Shown: piece by piece, positions 41,979 through 56,189 of the stretch
Position numbering within the stretch: the stretch's first letter is position 1
Layout: each line of letters begins with the position of its first letter
NCBI GenBank assembly: GCA_951406725.2
Contig: OX597821.1
Location: forward strand, 27,156,001-27,220,000
Direction of reading: 5' to 3'
Length of the DNA: 64,000 nucleotides
Source of the DNA: Octopus vulgaris
Lineage: Eukaryota
Notes under the pieces: model-generated
The model's input: the letters and a program-made list of their open reading frames with translations, nothing else
What the model was told of the DNA's origin: nothing
Databases searched by the model: none
Program-made: the position numbers and the translations under genes

Positions 41979-42753
41979 TTGTCTCATTCTCATATTTAAA
42001 AAAAATCCTTTATTTGCGGAGGCGCGTAACTTAGACATTAGGGTGCTTGCTTTATGAGCGTTAGTTTATGGGTTCAGATATCGGATACAGCATTTCGTTT
42101 CCCGTTGCTGTATTACTCAGCTGAAATCGAATTTCTCGGGTTCACAAACCCTGGTGCCAATTTAATCAAATAATTACATATCTTCAAAATTATTGGCGTT
42201 ATGCTTACATCGAAAACAACTACGATACAAACTGGCAGAACCTTTAGAACGTCGAATAAAACGCATTGTGTCATTTGTTCTGGTGTCTTAGGTTCAAACC
42301 TTGCAAGTTCTATGCTATTCTCAATCCTTCCGGAGTCTATAGATCACGCGTCACATACTTGCTCCTCTGCTCAAAATGGCAGGTTTTGTCCTTAAATTTC
42401 AAACATTATTGTTGTCTTTGAAATGAATAATACAATAATGAAGAAATCGCTTAGCGGAACATCAGTCCTGACTGTCAATATCTAAATTAAATGCGATTGA
42501 AGCATAACGTTCCTCTTATTTTAAACATAATTCATCACAAATTCTATGAACAAAATATTTTCTTCCACTTTTGTTGCGAGCAGCGAGGTCTCGTTTAAGA
42601 AAAAAATCGCTTTGCTGATCAAACAGTATGGCCACATAGGCATCAAAATATATTGCGCCCTCAGTATCATGATGATGATGCCGTGCAAGTGTATAGAATA
42701 TTGTTTTATTCAATAGCTAAAAGGAAACACTATGGTGCTATAAAATCGAATTA

Positions 42754-43159
42754 GGATCTTTTCGGTTTCAACGGCAGTATTTTAAAATAATTTCTAGGTA
42801 ACTAAAAATTTTAAACTTCGTATACTGGTAGAATGTGTTTATAAAACATCTTTTTCTCTTGGCTTTATTGAGAAAGTTCTATAGTTTGTAATATATATGT
42901 AGTTTTTTCTTCAATTTCTGCAATTTCAACCAACCAATGACGTCTGTTGAGCTGAAAACATTCTGTGCCGTATGAATATGTCCCTCGTTTAAGAAACAGA
43001 TTGGGTTTATTTACATTTGTGAAGAAAATAAAATACCCTTCCCCCACCCCTAACCCTAACTCTAAAACAGATTGAAATGCAATAGATCGATACTAGGGTC
43101 ATAATTATGGATTAAAATTTCATCGCTAGAAAAAACTGCCGTTCAAACCGAAAAGATCC
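42754..43159 (+). mobile_element. MITE (family M), copy 1
   Basis: TIR ggatcttttcggttt.aacggcag. TSD tcgaatta at 42746-42753 and 43160-43167. Confidence 0.92.
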
Positions 43160-44377
43160 TCGAATTAAAATGATTCCACTGTGAAATCTTTTTATCTTTT
43201 ACTTGCTCCAGCCATACTTCGGCCATACTGGAGCACCACCTTTAATTGTTTAGTCTAATAAATTGACCCCAGTGGTTATTCGTAGTTGCTTTTTCTAGGC
43301 CTGGTACTTATGCCACTTTCGTTTGGGGATGAAGTAACATAAAATGTACAACTACCGATCCGGAATCTCCTGTACTACATCATAGCTTATGGTAGCCTAT
43401 TCCTTCACCTTGATCTTATATTTGAGTGTAACATCATATTCTGCACATCAAAGTTGCTTCACGTAAGAAATCTGAAGAAATAAAAGCCCACAAACTGTTT
43501 GGAAATTTCTTCAAAGTACAAAATCAGCAAATATACTCAGTTAGAAACAAATGATGCAATTTCATTCGAATTCCCTGACTGCTTAAATGCTCTTACTTAT
43601 GTTAGCAGGCCAAACATTTTCAGTTGGAAAGTTTCATATAACATTGGTACTTATGCACTTTGGAATTCCGCTTAACACCTGAAAACTTAGACCATTAGAC
43701 ATTGGTGATTTATACGTGGTAGATTAGCTTCTAGAACCTCGCAGGATAATTTTCATTTAAATATATTTTTTCTAAACACAATTATCGGTAACATTCGCTG
43801 TGAAATATACTGATTCAACACTCGTAAATATGTAATTCATGACCCAATATATTATAATTGATGACCTTACGAAGTATCGCTTTTATAAAATATAAATTAG
43901 AATTTCTTCATTTCTTGCATCTGTCATCATTTTAAAGTTGCATTCCACTTGAATGTTTCTCCATCATTGTCTGTATCCTATTGCATTATATATCTTACCA
44001 TTGCTTGATTTGTAGATAGAGATAATCATCTCATAACGTTACATCCACATACATTCTATATTATTACAGCAAATTTATCGAAGGATTTTAGCTACATTAT
44101 ATTTCCTTCCTTTATTTACCGAGGTGTATACTGTGGTTCAATTTCCTCACGATACTTATTCGCGTTTTCGATATGATATACGGAAGTGAGTTTGTCGTGT
44201 GTATACTTGATACTATCCATAATGTTTCTATCTTAGCAGCTGTTTATAATGGATAAGTTCTATTCATTTCTGATAACATCACATACACTTTATACACGAG
44301 AAAATATTTCACTGTTTGCATACTGTTATCTAAAAGTTAAGAACTCTTTAGACTAAATTTATAATTATCCGTAATAT

Positions 44378-44511
44378 TTCCCTTTGTGTAGAAGAGCGTA
44401 GGCACTAAACGTAAAATACTTTTTCTATTCTTGAGCGTTATACTAATACATCCGTTTGTTTTGTACACCACTGGTCTTCGTCTTTTGTTTTTTTTTTTCG
44501 TAAACTCTCCT
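44378..44511 (+). mobile_element. Family H short element, 5'-truncated at the hammerhead-like motif
   Basis: Matches 21045-21172. Confidence 0.75.
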
Positions 44512-44574
44512 ATATATATATATATTTGGCTGTTATATATTTATATATTTATATATATATAGTTGACTGTTATA

Positions 44575-44609
<35 letters not shown>

Positions 44610-44611
<2 letters not shown>

Positions 44612-45097
44612 CTAATACTGAATTATTTTTAAGGCTTAAAAAGTATTGATGAATTTAATACAGAACTTTGTCCACCATTCGTAGTTATCAAAATATATAG
44701 TAACTGTAGTGCAGTTGCAATTTAAACTTTGGGAACTCTCAACGATGCTTTAGCGTGCGCGACTTTGCTTGTCTATATGTGTCTAAAACATAAAATTAGA
44801 AAGTGCATGCGGTTTTATGATATAGTTGACAGTTATATATTTATATATATATATAGTTGACTGTTATATATATATATATATATATATAACTAATACTGAA
44901 TTATTTTTAAGGCTTAAAAAGTATTGATGAATTTAATACAGAACTTTGTCCACCATTCGTAGTTATCAAAATATATAGTAACTGTAGTGCAGTTGCAATT
45001 TAAACTTTGGGAACTCTCAACGATGCTTTAGCGTGCGCGACTTTGCTTGTCTATATGTGTCTAAAACATAAAATTAGAAAGTGCATGCGGTTTTATG
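44610..45097. repeat. Tandem direct duplication, 278-bp offset
   Basis: 44610-44819 appears identical to 44888-45097, and both are preceded by tatagttgactgttatata(ta)n. Confidence 0.92.
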
Positions 45098-45764
45098 TTT
45101 CCTGCTCGCTAATTGGTAAAAAGAGCGCTCTTTTCAGCCGTAAACACAAAACGATGTTGTTAACTGCTTTTGCGTTTTCCATAGCTATAGCCAAATGAAA
45201 TTGCTCTCCTTAAAGTCCACCAGCCTTTTCAAAGGATTAATATAGATTCTGCTGACATTTGCCGGCATCGCCAGTCCTTTTGTCTATAATAGCAAGGATA
45301 CAAATATATTTGCGGTACACTGTAGATAGGATTGTTGAACTGTTTTATCTTGTTATTTAAATTAACCCTTTCTTTGTCTTACACTCACGTAAATTACTAA
45401 ATTTTCCAAGAATCAAACAATTAATTGGGTAAAAATAATTCGATGTATCTATTATTTGGTAAGATTAAAATAAACACAATTAGAAATTTAGCTATTTTTG
45501 CTCAGCTTCCTGCACCTGTCGTCTCAATGATGATACAAATACTACATATGAGAATAGTTTCTCTCCGAAGCCTGATATTTTGGGACTTATCAATATAATC
45601 AATGTATTCGACATCATTACTTGACTAGTGCTCTGTTTTCTTAATTCCAGAAAGATACATTACAAAGTAAACTTCGTGAGTGGATCTCGAATCATTATCA
45701 TGCATTATTAGGTACAATAACGATTTTCCCTTAAGTTTTTATAAAACCAATTATTGCTTAATCT

Positions 45765-46201
45765 GGATCTTTTCGGTTTGAATGGCAGTTTTTAACATAA
45801 TTTCTAGATAACTAAAAAATTTTAAACTTCGTATACTGGTAGAATGTGTTTATAAAACATCTTTTTCTCTTGGCTTTATTGAGAAAATTCTATAGCTTGT
45901 AAGATATTTGTGCTTCCTTTCTTCAATTTCTACAATTTCAACCAATCAAATACGTCCATTGAGTTAAAAAACATTCTGTGTCGTATGAATATGTCCCTCA
46001 TTTAAGAAACAGATTGGGTTTATTTACATTTCTGAAGAAAAAAATATACCCTCCCCCCCTCCCTAACCCTAACCCTAACCCTAACTGACCCTAACCCTAA
46101 AACAGATTGAAATGCAATAGATCGATACTAGGGTCATAATTATGGGTGACAATTTCATATGACACCGCTAGAAAAAATTGCCGTTCAAACCGAAGAGATC
46201 C
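45765..46201 (+). mobile_element. MITE (family M), copy 2
   Basis: Same TIRs. TSD cttaatct at 45757-45764 and 46202-46209. Internal (CCCTAA)n at about 46061-46100. Confidence 0.92.
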
Positions 46202-46650
46202 CTTAATCTCATGTAATAACGATTTATTATCTAGATGATTTATTCTTTAAATACATATGATTAAAATTTATTACATAATGTCTATATGAATAAGACATTT
46301 ACATATCTCTACTGCTAAATACGACTTTGCTTTTAGTATTAACAGAAATGACATGCTATTGGTATAACGTCATGCAAAACCTTGTGTTATTTGAACCCGC
46401 AGAGGAGAAAGTTAAACATATATAATATTCTAAGACTTTAATGCGAACATTTCTCAACCCTCTTCTCTCTGGATTGAATTTATACATCAATCAGTCCTTA
46501 TACTAATATCGAATAGTGTATTAATTTTCTATGAGAAGAGATTATTAGTCCCCTCAATTAAGCCTTTCTCATTTCTGGAGAGAGGGACGCTGTATGTGAA
46601 GCTCTATGACTTTCTTACAGAACAACACAGGTATTGTGGAGAATGCGTGC

Positions 46651-46683
<33 letters not shown>

Positions 46684-46756
46684 TTAGAGAGAAAAGGAGA
46701 GAGAAACGAGAGAAGAGAGAAAGGGATAGGGAGACAGAAAGATAAAGTGTGTGTGT

Positions 46757-46787
<31 letters not shown>

Positions 46788-48278
46788 TCGATCTTGGAAT
46801 TTATCTGGTATCAGCCACGAAAAATAGAAAGAAGATGTTGGTCTAACTAAATATGAACTCAGAGTTTAGAAAGCCTTATCATGTATTTACTTGTAAGTAC
46901 ATGATCAGACGTGAACAAATGTGTAAAAGAGCTGGAAAAATGTGGCGGAGTGTCATCGTTATTACTTGAGTGGCACTATATTTTATCGAAAGTGACATGA
47001 TGAAAAACTAAGTTGGCTTCGGTGATATTTAAACACAAATCATAATAGCCATATACATACGGGAAATTTTTTTGCCTCATTCTCGAAATATTTGCTTATG
47101 AGTTAGGTACAAGGCCAACGATATTAATGGGAGGAGTTAGTCTATACTATCAAGTGCGGATATTTGAGGAAAGAATTAATGGGAAAGTTTGCCTTGGCAA
47201 GAACTGAACCCAGGATCTTAGGAACGAGAAGGAATATTGCAAGTTATTTTACCCAATGTTTTAACAAGTTCACCAAACCACTGCTCTTAATAATTTGTCT
47301 GACGCAATCACAAAATCTAACATTTAGTGAAGCGAAATAATCGACTATATTTGACAGGTACTTTCTTTTAGCGACCTCGCAGATAGAGAAGGTAAATTCT
47401 ATCACAGCATGATCTGAACTCAGGTGACAAAGGCTCGAAGGTAATGATACAAAATATATTATCCTATACTATCCGACTTTCTGAGGATTCTATCAATTGG
47501 ACGCCTCTTCATTCAGCAGAAAAAAATAAACAGTGGTAGCTATACATTCTAGTGATACTCATCATGAATATCAAAACAATATAAAGGGGTGGATCTAAGT
47601 ACACCGGCAACCGAACCAACTCAGTCATCTGGATTTGTTTCTCTACTTGAATATTCTTTCATAAGCGGTTATAGATATTTGAATTAACTGCTTTGCACGT
47701 TTAGAACTTATCCAATCAATACCATATCACGAACAGACAAAATGGTTCCAGAGATTTTGAAAGAGGTAGGAAAGGTACTGGATATTGTAAAGTATTGAGT
47801 ACAACACTCTATTTCTTTTTTTCAGCCAACATACCTTAAAAATTATTAATGACAACATCACCATCAGCTGCATGAGCAGAAGTAATTTAAATAATGTACG
47901 TATATAGCAATAAAATATATATTTTAAAGTCTGGCGAACGATTGGCAACAAATAAGAGCAAAACGATTCTTTAAACCATATAATTACGTTATTCGACAAG
48001 GAATAAAATTACTTCGTTACAAAGTATGAGTTCAAGCTTAATGGAAATTTTTCATTAAGCGCCTATTAGGAGTGAAATTATCTGAAATTGTAAAGCACTT
48101 CCAAATACTACATACACATCTATAAACTGTAATACGATATCTTCATACATATACTCGTACACATACACACGAACACATGAAAATAAAATAGCACATAAAC
48201 ATGTACATATAGACGTACATTTGTATGGGTTTATACAAACACACGCACACACATATACATGTCTGTGCAAATATACAT

Positions 48279-48312
<34 letters not shown>

Positions 48313-48313
48313 C

Positions 48314-48345
<32 letters not shown>

Positions 48346-48358
48346 CGTATATATACAC

Positions 48359-48408
<50 letters not shown>

Positions 48409-48589
48409 TTATATATGCAAGTGTATGTATATATACACATCCGAATTAGCATGTAACTCTTTACTTTCTGATTGAAACAAGTTATTTGAAAAAGCCTTTA
48501 TATGGTATGTATGTATGTATGTATGAATGTATGAATATATGTGTATGTTTTTATGTATGTATGAATATATGTATATGTTTGTGTGTGTC

Positions 48590-48644
<55 letters not shown>

Positions 48645-48659
48645 GTCTATCTATCTATC

Positions 48660-48711
<52 letters not shown>

Positions 48712-49323
48712 TATATGCATTCATACATATACTTCATATATTCATATATGCATTCATACTTATGCTTCATATACTTCAGCATATATGCACACGCACGTAC
48801 ATATGTGTATCAAAGAGAATGAGCTGGAAGAGAGACTTAACATTATTAAATGTAGTCGTTGCAATATACGAGACTTATATGGCACATATTTACGGGAAAT
48901 TGTTTTTGGCCCCTCATTCTGGATTGTTGACATTAGTATCATTGAGTTTGTAAGATCTGATATCCTGCGGTAATAGCGAAAAATCTCGTTCTTGCAGTAG
49001 CTTAAGCACTTCTGCAGTAGGCCCTGCAGCACAAACGTAGAAGACATTCTGGAAAGGTTTTGAAATACGACATCAACTGGGAAACATATGCTTTCGATCA
49101 ACGCAAAGAGAGAATGGTTTAAGCCCACCGCAAATACATATGCTAAAACTGCAACGTGTCATTTACTGTATGCATTACTCTTTCGCAATAAATATTGTTC
49201 CGTTCTGTAATGTAAAGCATGGTGTTCGAGACATCTTTAGAAAGCGCAGGAGTTGGTTCTACACATTTTGGTCCATTTCTAACCTTATGAATAAACAAAT
49301 ATATTGTAGATATATATAATTCT

Positions 49324-49379
<56 letters not shown>

Positions 49380-49559
49380 CCAATAGTATACCAACAAACA
49401 GAAATTTACTGCACGAAATTAGCCCCAAACTAGCTACTTTTCGCTACAGATTTCTGGATGTAATGGGACTTGAAGAAAGGAAAAGATTACAGTCATTGAA
49501 GTCATACAATAAAGAAAATATTATAGCAGAACGCACAATATCGAATGATGTTGTTATGG

Positions 49560-49596
49560 AAATAATAATAATAATAATAGTAATAATAATAATAAC

Positions 49597-49646
<50 letters not shown>

Positions 49647-49985
49647 TAATAATAATAATAATTTCTTTTATTTGCCACCACGGCGAAGGATGAAGGGGCA
49701 CAATAGATAGACAGACATAAAGTGTGGGGCTTTATATATCATGGAATGATAAAATGAAAAGTACGCACGGTATACATTAGAAGAAAGGAAGTATACATAG
49801 TATGGCACTACAAAACAGTGGGAGTGGGGAAGCGATTGTGATGGAATCCCCTAATACAGAAGGACCTCTAGGGATAATCAAGGAATCCCGCCATCCAAGA
49901 GCACCCAGAATACCAACAGGTGAGCCCTCTCCAACTTCTGTCATCCCAGTTACAGGTCAACACTGAGAGTGGGGTCATCCACTAG
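49560..49985 (-). mobile_element. Probable LINE 3' end with (TTA)n tail
   Basis: Minus strand ends ...gtggtggcaaataaaagaaatt(att)n. Family not determined. Confidence 0.4.
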
Positions 49986-49989
49986 TGCC

Positions 49990-50910
49990 AATTATAGTAA
50001 TAATCATATCTGAACCTTGATGCAGATTCTGCGTCACATTTGATGAAAAAATAGACCATCTCGTCTCGGGATGTCCTGTGCTGACACAAAACGAATATAA
50101 AAAATCGCCACGATAAGTTAGGACAGTATTTATACTGGAAAATATGTAAACAATACAAAATCAGCATCCCTACTGACTGATACCAACACTATCCTGAGCC
50201 AGTCGTTGAAGGTAAAAAGTCAATATCCTCTGTGATTTTCCATTCAGTGAACAGGTCGCGGTCTTAAAGCGACGAAAATATTTAGACAAATTAAACTTAA
50301 ATGTTGAAGTGGATCGAACAGCTTTTGTGTGTTTCTTAAATGGCTTACAAACACCTTCCACGCTGCAATTGTTTTCGTTTCAGCACACGATCTCAGATCA
50401 AATCACTTGCTATGCAAGTACATTTCCGTAAAACTGACAGAATGTATCTGGTTAATCGACCCGACATAATAATTAAAGACAGGGAAGAAAATAATTGTAC
50501 ACTAATAGATGGGTTTCCATTGATAAAAACATATCTGTCAAGGAATTTAACAAACTAAGAAACTATAAAGACCTAGAAAATGAAATACAAAACATGTGGC
50601 ATCTTAAAACGAGAACTGTTCCTGTTATTGTTGGTGCCCTTGGTATGATAAAAGAGAGATGTCAGATACATCGAAATAAGATCCCAGCAAACAGTTTCTC
50701 AGAGAAATCCAAAAGATTGAACTGACAAGTACTGCCCACATCCTTAGAAAAACCCTGTCCAGTTAAATGTTTCAGTTGTGTTACATAAAGATATTTCACC
50801 ACCTCCGCTCCCCAAACTTTCAGTCATATTGTAACATCTCTTATACTTAACTCGCCCCAGGACGTTGGGTGTGTCTCGGCAAAGGACTGTAACAAAGATG
50901 CGGATTAAAA
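49990..50910 (+). mobile_element. Restriction-like-endonuclease non-LTR retrotransposon 3' part (R4/Dong-like), interrupted at about 50246-50425
   Basis: CRFC...EKIDHLVSGC (CCHC), YKNRHDK, NRPDIIIKD, KEFNKLRNYKDL, VPVIVGALG, TAHILRK; stop at 50764-50766; followed by (TAG)n(TAA)n. Confidence 0.85.
50247..50287 (+). ncRNA. Hammerhead-ribozyme-like motif, G3-C8 variant, at the start of a ~180-bp insert
   Basis: GUGAACA-G-GUCGC(GGUCUUAAA)GCGAC-GAA-AAUAUU-U-AGAC. The 5' strand of helix I appears lost at the junction. Confidence 0.55.
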
Positions 50911-51028
<118 letters not shown>

Positions 51029-53963
51029 AAGTTTCATACTGACCCTTACAATCCAAAAGTTTTATTTCCTCGGGTAATATAAAGAGGAATGATTTTAAAG
51101 GGAGTTTCTCTTGTCAGTTTGAATTAGGATTACTGTAATAGTTTATTGCATAAAACGAACGAAATTTTATCAGCACACAAATCGACTTCTTAGTTCTTGG
51201 CAGATAAATGATTCCCTTGTGATACCTAACATCATACTAGTGCTTGATTATGTATCTTCCGACGTGCTTTAATTTTATAAAACCGTATATTTTGTCGAGT
51301 AAATCTCAACGGTGAACTTGAACTAAAGACCTGTATACATAACAAAAGTTTAGCGAACTTCTCATTGAATATACGCTCCTTAATTTTGTCACGTTTATCA
51401 TTTAAATTAATTTATGTTATCCGCAAAGAAAGCTTTTGGCGTTCCATGAAAATCTGCCTAATTTGAATGTCAGGAAAACAATTAAATTAGAATATCAACG
51501 TTTGTAAGATAGAAACAGACTGTAATTTACAATCTCTTACTGCAGACCTCATACTAAGGTGACATCAGCATTTCGTTTCCTTCCAATTACGAGGCGTCCG
51601 ATCTATATGTAATTACCGTGGTGTCTATAAAAGATGGCAGTATTATTTATTTCAAACTAATTTCAGTTAAGATAACAGTGGGTCCGAAATCACCGCAGGA
51701 AATTTTGAAGAAAAAATAGTATAGATAATAAAATATAAAACAACAGAGTAGAAAAAAAGTAGTTTAATATTGGTTGAGCTCTTAACTAGTATTTGAAAAT
51801 TCTATTGCCCTGGATGAGAGCTTTCGTTTTAGGAAATAAATCATTATTCTTTCTCAGCTGAATAGAGGCTGTTAAGTATTTAAGGTAATGCTCATTTTTA
51901 TTAATGGAGGAAGCAAATTAAATAAGGCATTTGGTTCAAAGCTGAAGCATTCAGGTAATTGCATATATCCTATGTAGAAAAATATGTTGTAACCACGATA
52001 GAAAATCAACAGCACATGCAAATAAAAGTGTTATTTATAAAAAAAACAAAAACATTTAGAACTATACGAAGAATTCAAACGTCAAGGCACCCAGATATAC
52101 ACGGGCAAATGCATGAAATCCCTCCATACACTTTGTCGGTATTAGGAATCTTTTGCGAATAAGGAGCTTCCTGACCCCTCGCCACCGCAGGGCATGTGTG
52201 ATTGTTCCGGATACGGGTTGGGTGATTCTTGCGGAGCTTTTTGCTTTTCATTTGATGAAGTTGTTGTTGCTTCGGGAGGTTCTGATATCCTTGCTTTTGC
52301 AGCTGTTGATGTTGCTGATTCTTTGTTGTGTGTGATGTTGTTGCTTCCAATGTTGTTGTTGTTGCTATTGCCGCTACTACTATTGGTGACAACTTTGCTT
52401 CCTGCTCTCAATAACCACGTTAAGATTTGTGCAACCTAGTAAACTTATATGTTCTGCGATGACCTCAATGCTTGTCTGGTCAGGTTGTATTAGTAGCTGT
52501 TCTAGCCAGTTCCGTTTAGTAGCTGTCTTAACCACTTCTGCGTCTGTCTACATTATCCGTATTCGCAGAATGGTGGATTTCTCTTTTATGTCAAAGACAA
52601 TCCCAGCTACTAATCAGTAGATGTTTATCTCTTGTGGGATGTTGAATATTCTAACATTAAATACTCTTCGACCAAAGTAGATGGCAATAAGTTTGAGCTG
52701 ATCACTCTCTAGGGTAGTTAACAATCAGCATTGTTTCAAATTTATGTGCTTACTACGGTATATATATATATATATAGATGATGAATAGCAAATAAATAAT
52801 ATAAATGTCTTTTATTCCACGGTTATGAAATAAGGTATTATCGAAATGACATTAGACTTCGGCGCATGTTTTTAATTGCAGATGTACGCAAAATAGCTTC
52901 GACTAAACTAAACCAGCAAATTGGTTATAATAATACGTTATATATGTGATATAATTTAGTCACATATCTCATGACTGTATTTTTGAGAAAAAAATCCCGA
53001 GAGCATTAATAAATCACTGTCAGAAATAGTGAAATACTCGAATACATATTAATTTTCAACATATCATAAAAAAGATTCTCTTTCTTTTAAAGTTAATGTG
53101 GAATACACGTTCTTTAGTTGTGCATGATATTCATAGGGAATACTTGTGATCATTCGATGAAATTATCTTATAAAAAAAAATGCAGTTCCGACATTGAATA
53201 GAAAGAAATACATCTTTTGACCGGATAGAAACAACAGTTATACGGAAATCGACATTAACGAACGAAAATGAAAGTTAAGAGAAGGGGTTGGTCACGGCTG
53301 GAATGATTTTGATAACCCTACTTTTTTAGGGGTGGATTCGAGTGAAGCATCACTACTAAGGCGGTGCCCAAGCGTGGCCTTAGCATTTGGCTGAAACTAG
53401 AAGGCAAAAGATAATCACGAAAGTATAAACCTACTATGATATATACATTAAAATGAAAAAAATTCTTGCGGACATTGAATATTATCTCTTGAAAATAAGC
53501 GAAATATTCTAAGGAATTTTAAGAAATATCAAGAAAAGTATTCTTAATCACACACACATGCACAAACGGAAATGAGTGAAATAATTCATAGTGGACAGTG
53601 GCCTGTATTTCAACACAATAGACATATACAGGTTTGTGCACCATTCTTGATTCATCAACAGCACCTCGTCCTCTAGCTGATGTATAGTAATTAATAAATA
53701 AGAAATAATATTAACTCCACTTGAGAAGAGGAGGAGATAATCTGAAGTTTTAATGAGAAATATTGGCATATTATCTATAGGAAAGAGGACACAAGTGAAC
53801 AATCGTGTCTGGCCAAATAATTGTTGCCAGAACGACAATTATCCGACCTTATTTCCAGTAGCCAGAAAACAACAATATGTATATATATATATGTAGATAT
53901 ATAGATGGATATCGTATATAAATATATATACATATGTATGTATAAACACACACACACAGGCGC

Positions 53964-54025
<62 letters not shown>

Positions 54026-54027
54026 TC

Positions 54028-54229
54028 TGTTGTGTCTGGGGAGAGGCATTTCCTTTTTGTGTCTTATAATGTAACGCACTCACCGGTAAAATTTCCACTT
54101 TTTCTTATTTTTGTTTTCCTAAAATGTTCGTTGAATCTTGCAACCTTTTCAATAGTCTTGACTCTTGAAAAGGTTGCAAGACGCAACGAAAATTTTAGGA
54201 AAACAAAGATAAGAAAAAAGTAGAAATTT
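54028..54229. mobile_element. Fold-back fragment of the 5268-6768 PLE family
   Basis: 54028-54164 matches 5268-5405. Arms 54088-54152 and 54165-54229 fold back beside the U3-A8 core. Confidence 0.85.
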
Positions 54230-54529
54230 ATTTTATGTGCGTCTATATGTAGGTTTGTGCAATTCTGTTAGCAAGGGTCTTAGTAGGAGATAGTAGACTT
54301 TCATATAATTTAAAGATTATTTGTTTAGTGTAAAAGTGCAAAGTTGTATGAGTGTTTTATTTTATTTTCTGTTCAGGATTCGGTCCATGGTTGCTAGAAC
54401 GTTATCGGATTCATTTGTACAGAGTCGGTTATGAATGCGATTTTGTCTTAACAATCTCAGAATGATATCTACATATCATGTGATTACGTGATTACATGCA
54501 GGACCAATGCAAAGTGAACACCTCAGTAC

Positions 54530-54572
<43 letters not shown>

Positions 54573-54717
54573 GTAAAAGCAATTAAGATTCAAGTGAGTT
54601 CTGTTGAATTCACATGAATGCGGTACTTAACTTAGATGCACCAGAAATCTATATGATATTAACCATAAGATAATGCGGGGTGATCATAAACAAGAAAAAA
54701 GCAACAAAAATGGATTA

Positions 54718-54813
54718 GTATTTCTGTACAATTGTTTCATACGAAGACCAGCTTTATTAAAGCTACAAATATTGCATCAAATACAAGTGACCCGTACTCA
54801 TCAGCCAAAATAC
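54718..54813 (-). ncRNA. Type I hammerhead ribozyme with canonical core
   Basis: GUAUUUUGG-CUGAUGA-GUACG(49 nt)CGUAU-GAA-ACAAUUGU-A-CAGAAAUAC. Helix I pairs 8 of 9 positions, helix III is a perfect palindrome, and the cleavage triplet is GUA. Confidence 0.8.
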
Positions 54814-56189
54814 ATCTGAGTTCTCCAAACATCTTAGGGGGTGAGGCTACACTCATGAAGGATCAAGGATAGTTCTATAAAAATCAGATTTAGATAATAA
54901 GCAGACTTCCAAAGTTCTCTTATGTTGCACAGTCTTATAACAGGTCTTAAAAAAGTTTTTTTGAAAAACCTGTTAGTTTCACAGAAAATGTAAATCCATC
55001 CATAATAATGTAGGTTTGAATTCTGGAGATAAGAGGAGATATTTCATACTCACAGACGATGAATCTATCCATAATTAATCCGTAATAAAGTGGGTATAGT
55101 TTCCTGAAGTATGATGAGATACTGGTTACACTTCTGTTCATTTCTCAAAACTGCTATGTTAGAATTATATTAGCTGAAGGAAATTTAGTGGAGCGTAGAA
55201 AAAATCACTCACATACGGTATTATGGGGTAACTGAGAGGAAAAGGTGTTGTAAATACCCAACTACACAGAATAGTCTATTTCAGTGGAGAGAGACAGTCT
55301 GGCTTAGAATTTGCAGGAATCTTAGAGTTATAAAGAGGAACGTTATTCTTGACCAGTATACAGCTGTTAATTGCCAATCCGACAGAGCAAAAACAGATAT
55401 AAGAATATAAAGAGAACACGGGAAAATAATGAAGGGTCAAAGGTTATCACTATAGGAAAAAACATTAAGAGATTTAAGTGCAATACTAGAAAGGAGGTCA
55501 AATAATTTATTTCTTTATTTATTAATACTCTTTATACAAGAACAGACTTTGGGTCTATACTTAGAGGTCAATTGAAAGAAGTGAGAGTATTGATTATCAT
55601 AATGAAAAATCGTCACATTATTTTTATGGGAGTAGCATTATTTACTTATAATTTATAATAGAATTACGAAGTCTTATTAACTTATTTGCTTTAAGTTGGT
55701 TTACCTGAATTAGATTAAAATTAGATTAAATTAAATTAACTATAAAGTCTATTAGAATTAAAATTTTTTAGCAACTAATTTATTTCTTTATGTTCCAAAT
55801 CAGGTACAGTTAGAAAGAAATAACCACAGTTTAAGAGCTCGCAGCTATCTATTTAAAATATTAGAGTTTTGTTTTATTAGTATCAGCAAGATAGACAAAT
55901 CGCAATATGATTTTTCTATATGATTATCATTTAAAATATTTTAGAGCCTTAATTCTTGCGTGAATACAAGATCGACCCAATTCTATACGGTTATTTAACA
56001 AGTCACTATTTTTTCTATGCATTAGAATTTCAAATGTCTCCATAGAGCAGGGTTGGCAACCAACCCTGTTATTTCTATAAGGCATCGCTCTTCTAACTAA
56101 TTCCCAATTAAGGTTATATTTAATATTATTATTTTTGAGTTCCCAGATCTTACTTTTTTAAAATTTATAGTACAATTTTAAAAAAACGT

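Noticed and set aside
46061-46100. Telomere or chromosome-fusion relic
   Set aside because: The CCCTAA units lie inside a MITE and recur in its other copies.
51843-51888. Micro-exon with good-looking AG/GT sites
   Set aside because: Stop codons in all three frames and no other support.
52075-52620. Q/T-rich overlapping ORFs, possibly a LINE ORF1 remnant
   Set aside because: No diagnostic motif could be identified.
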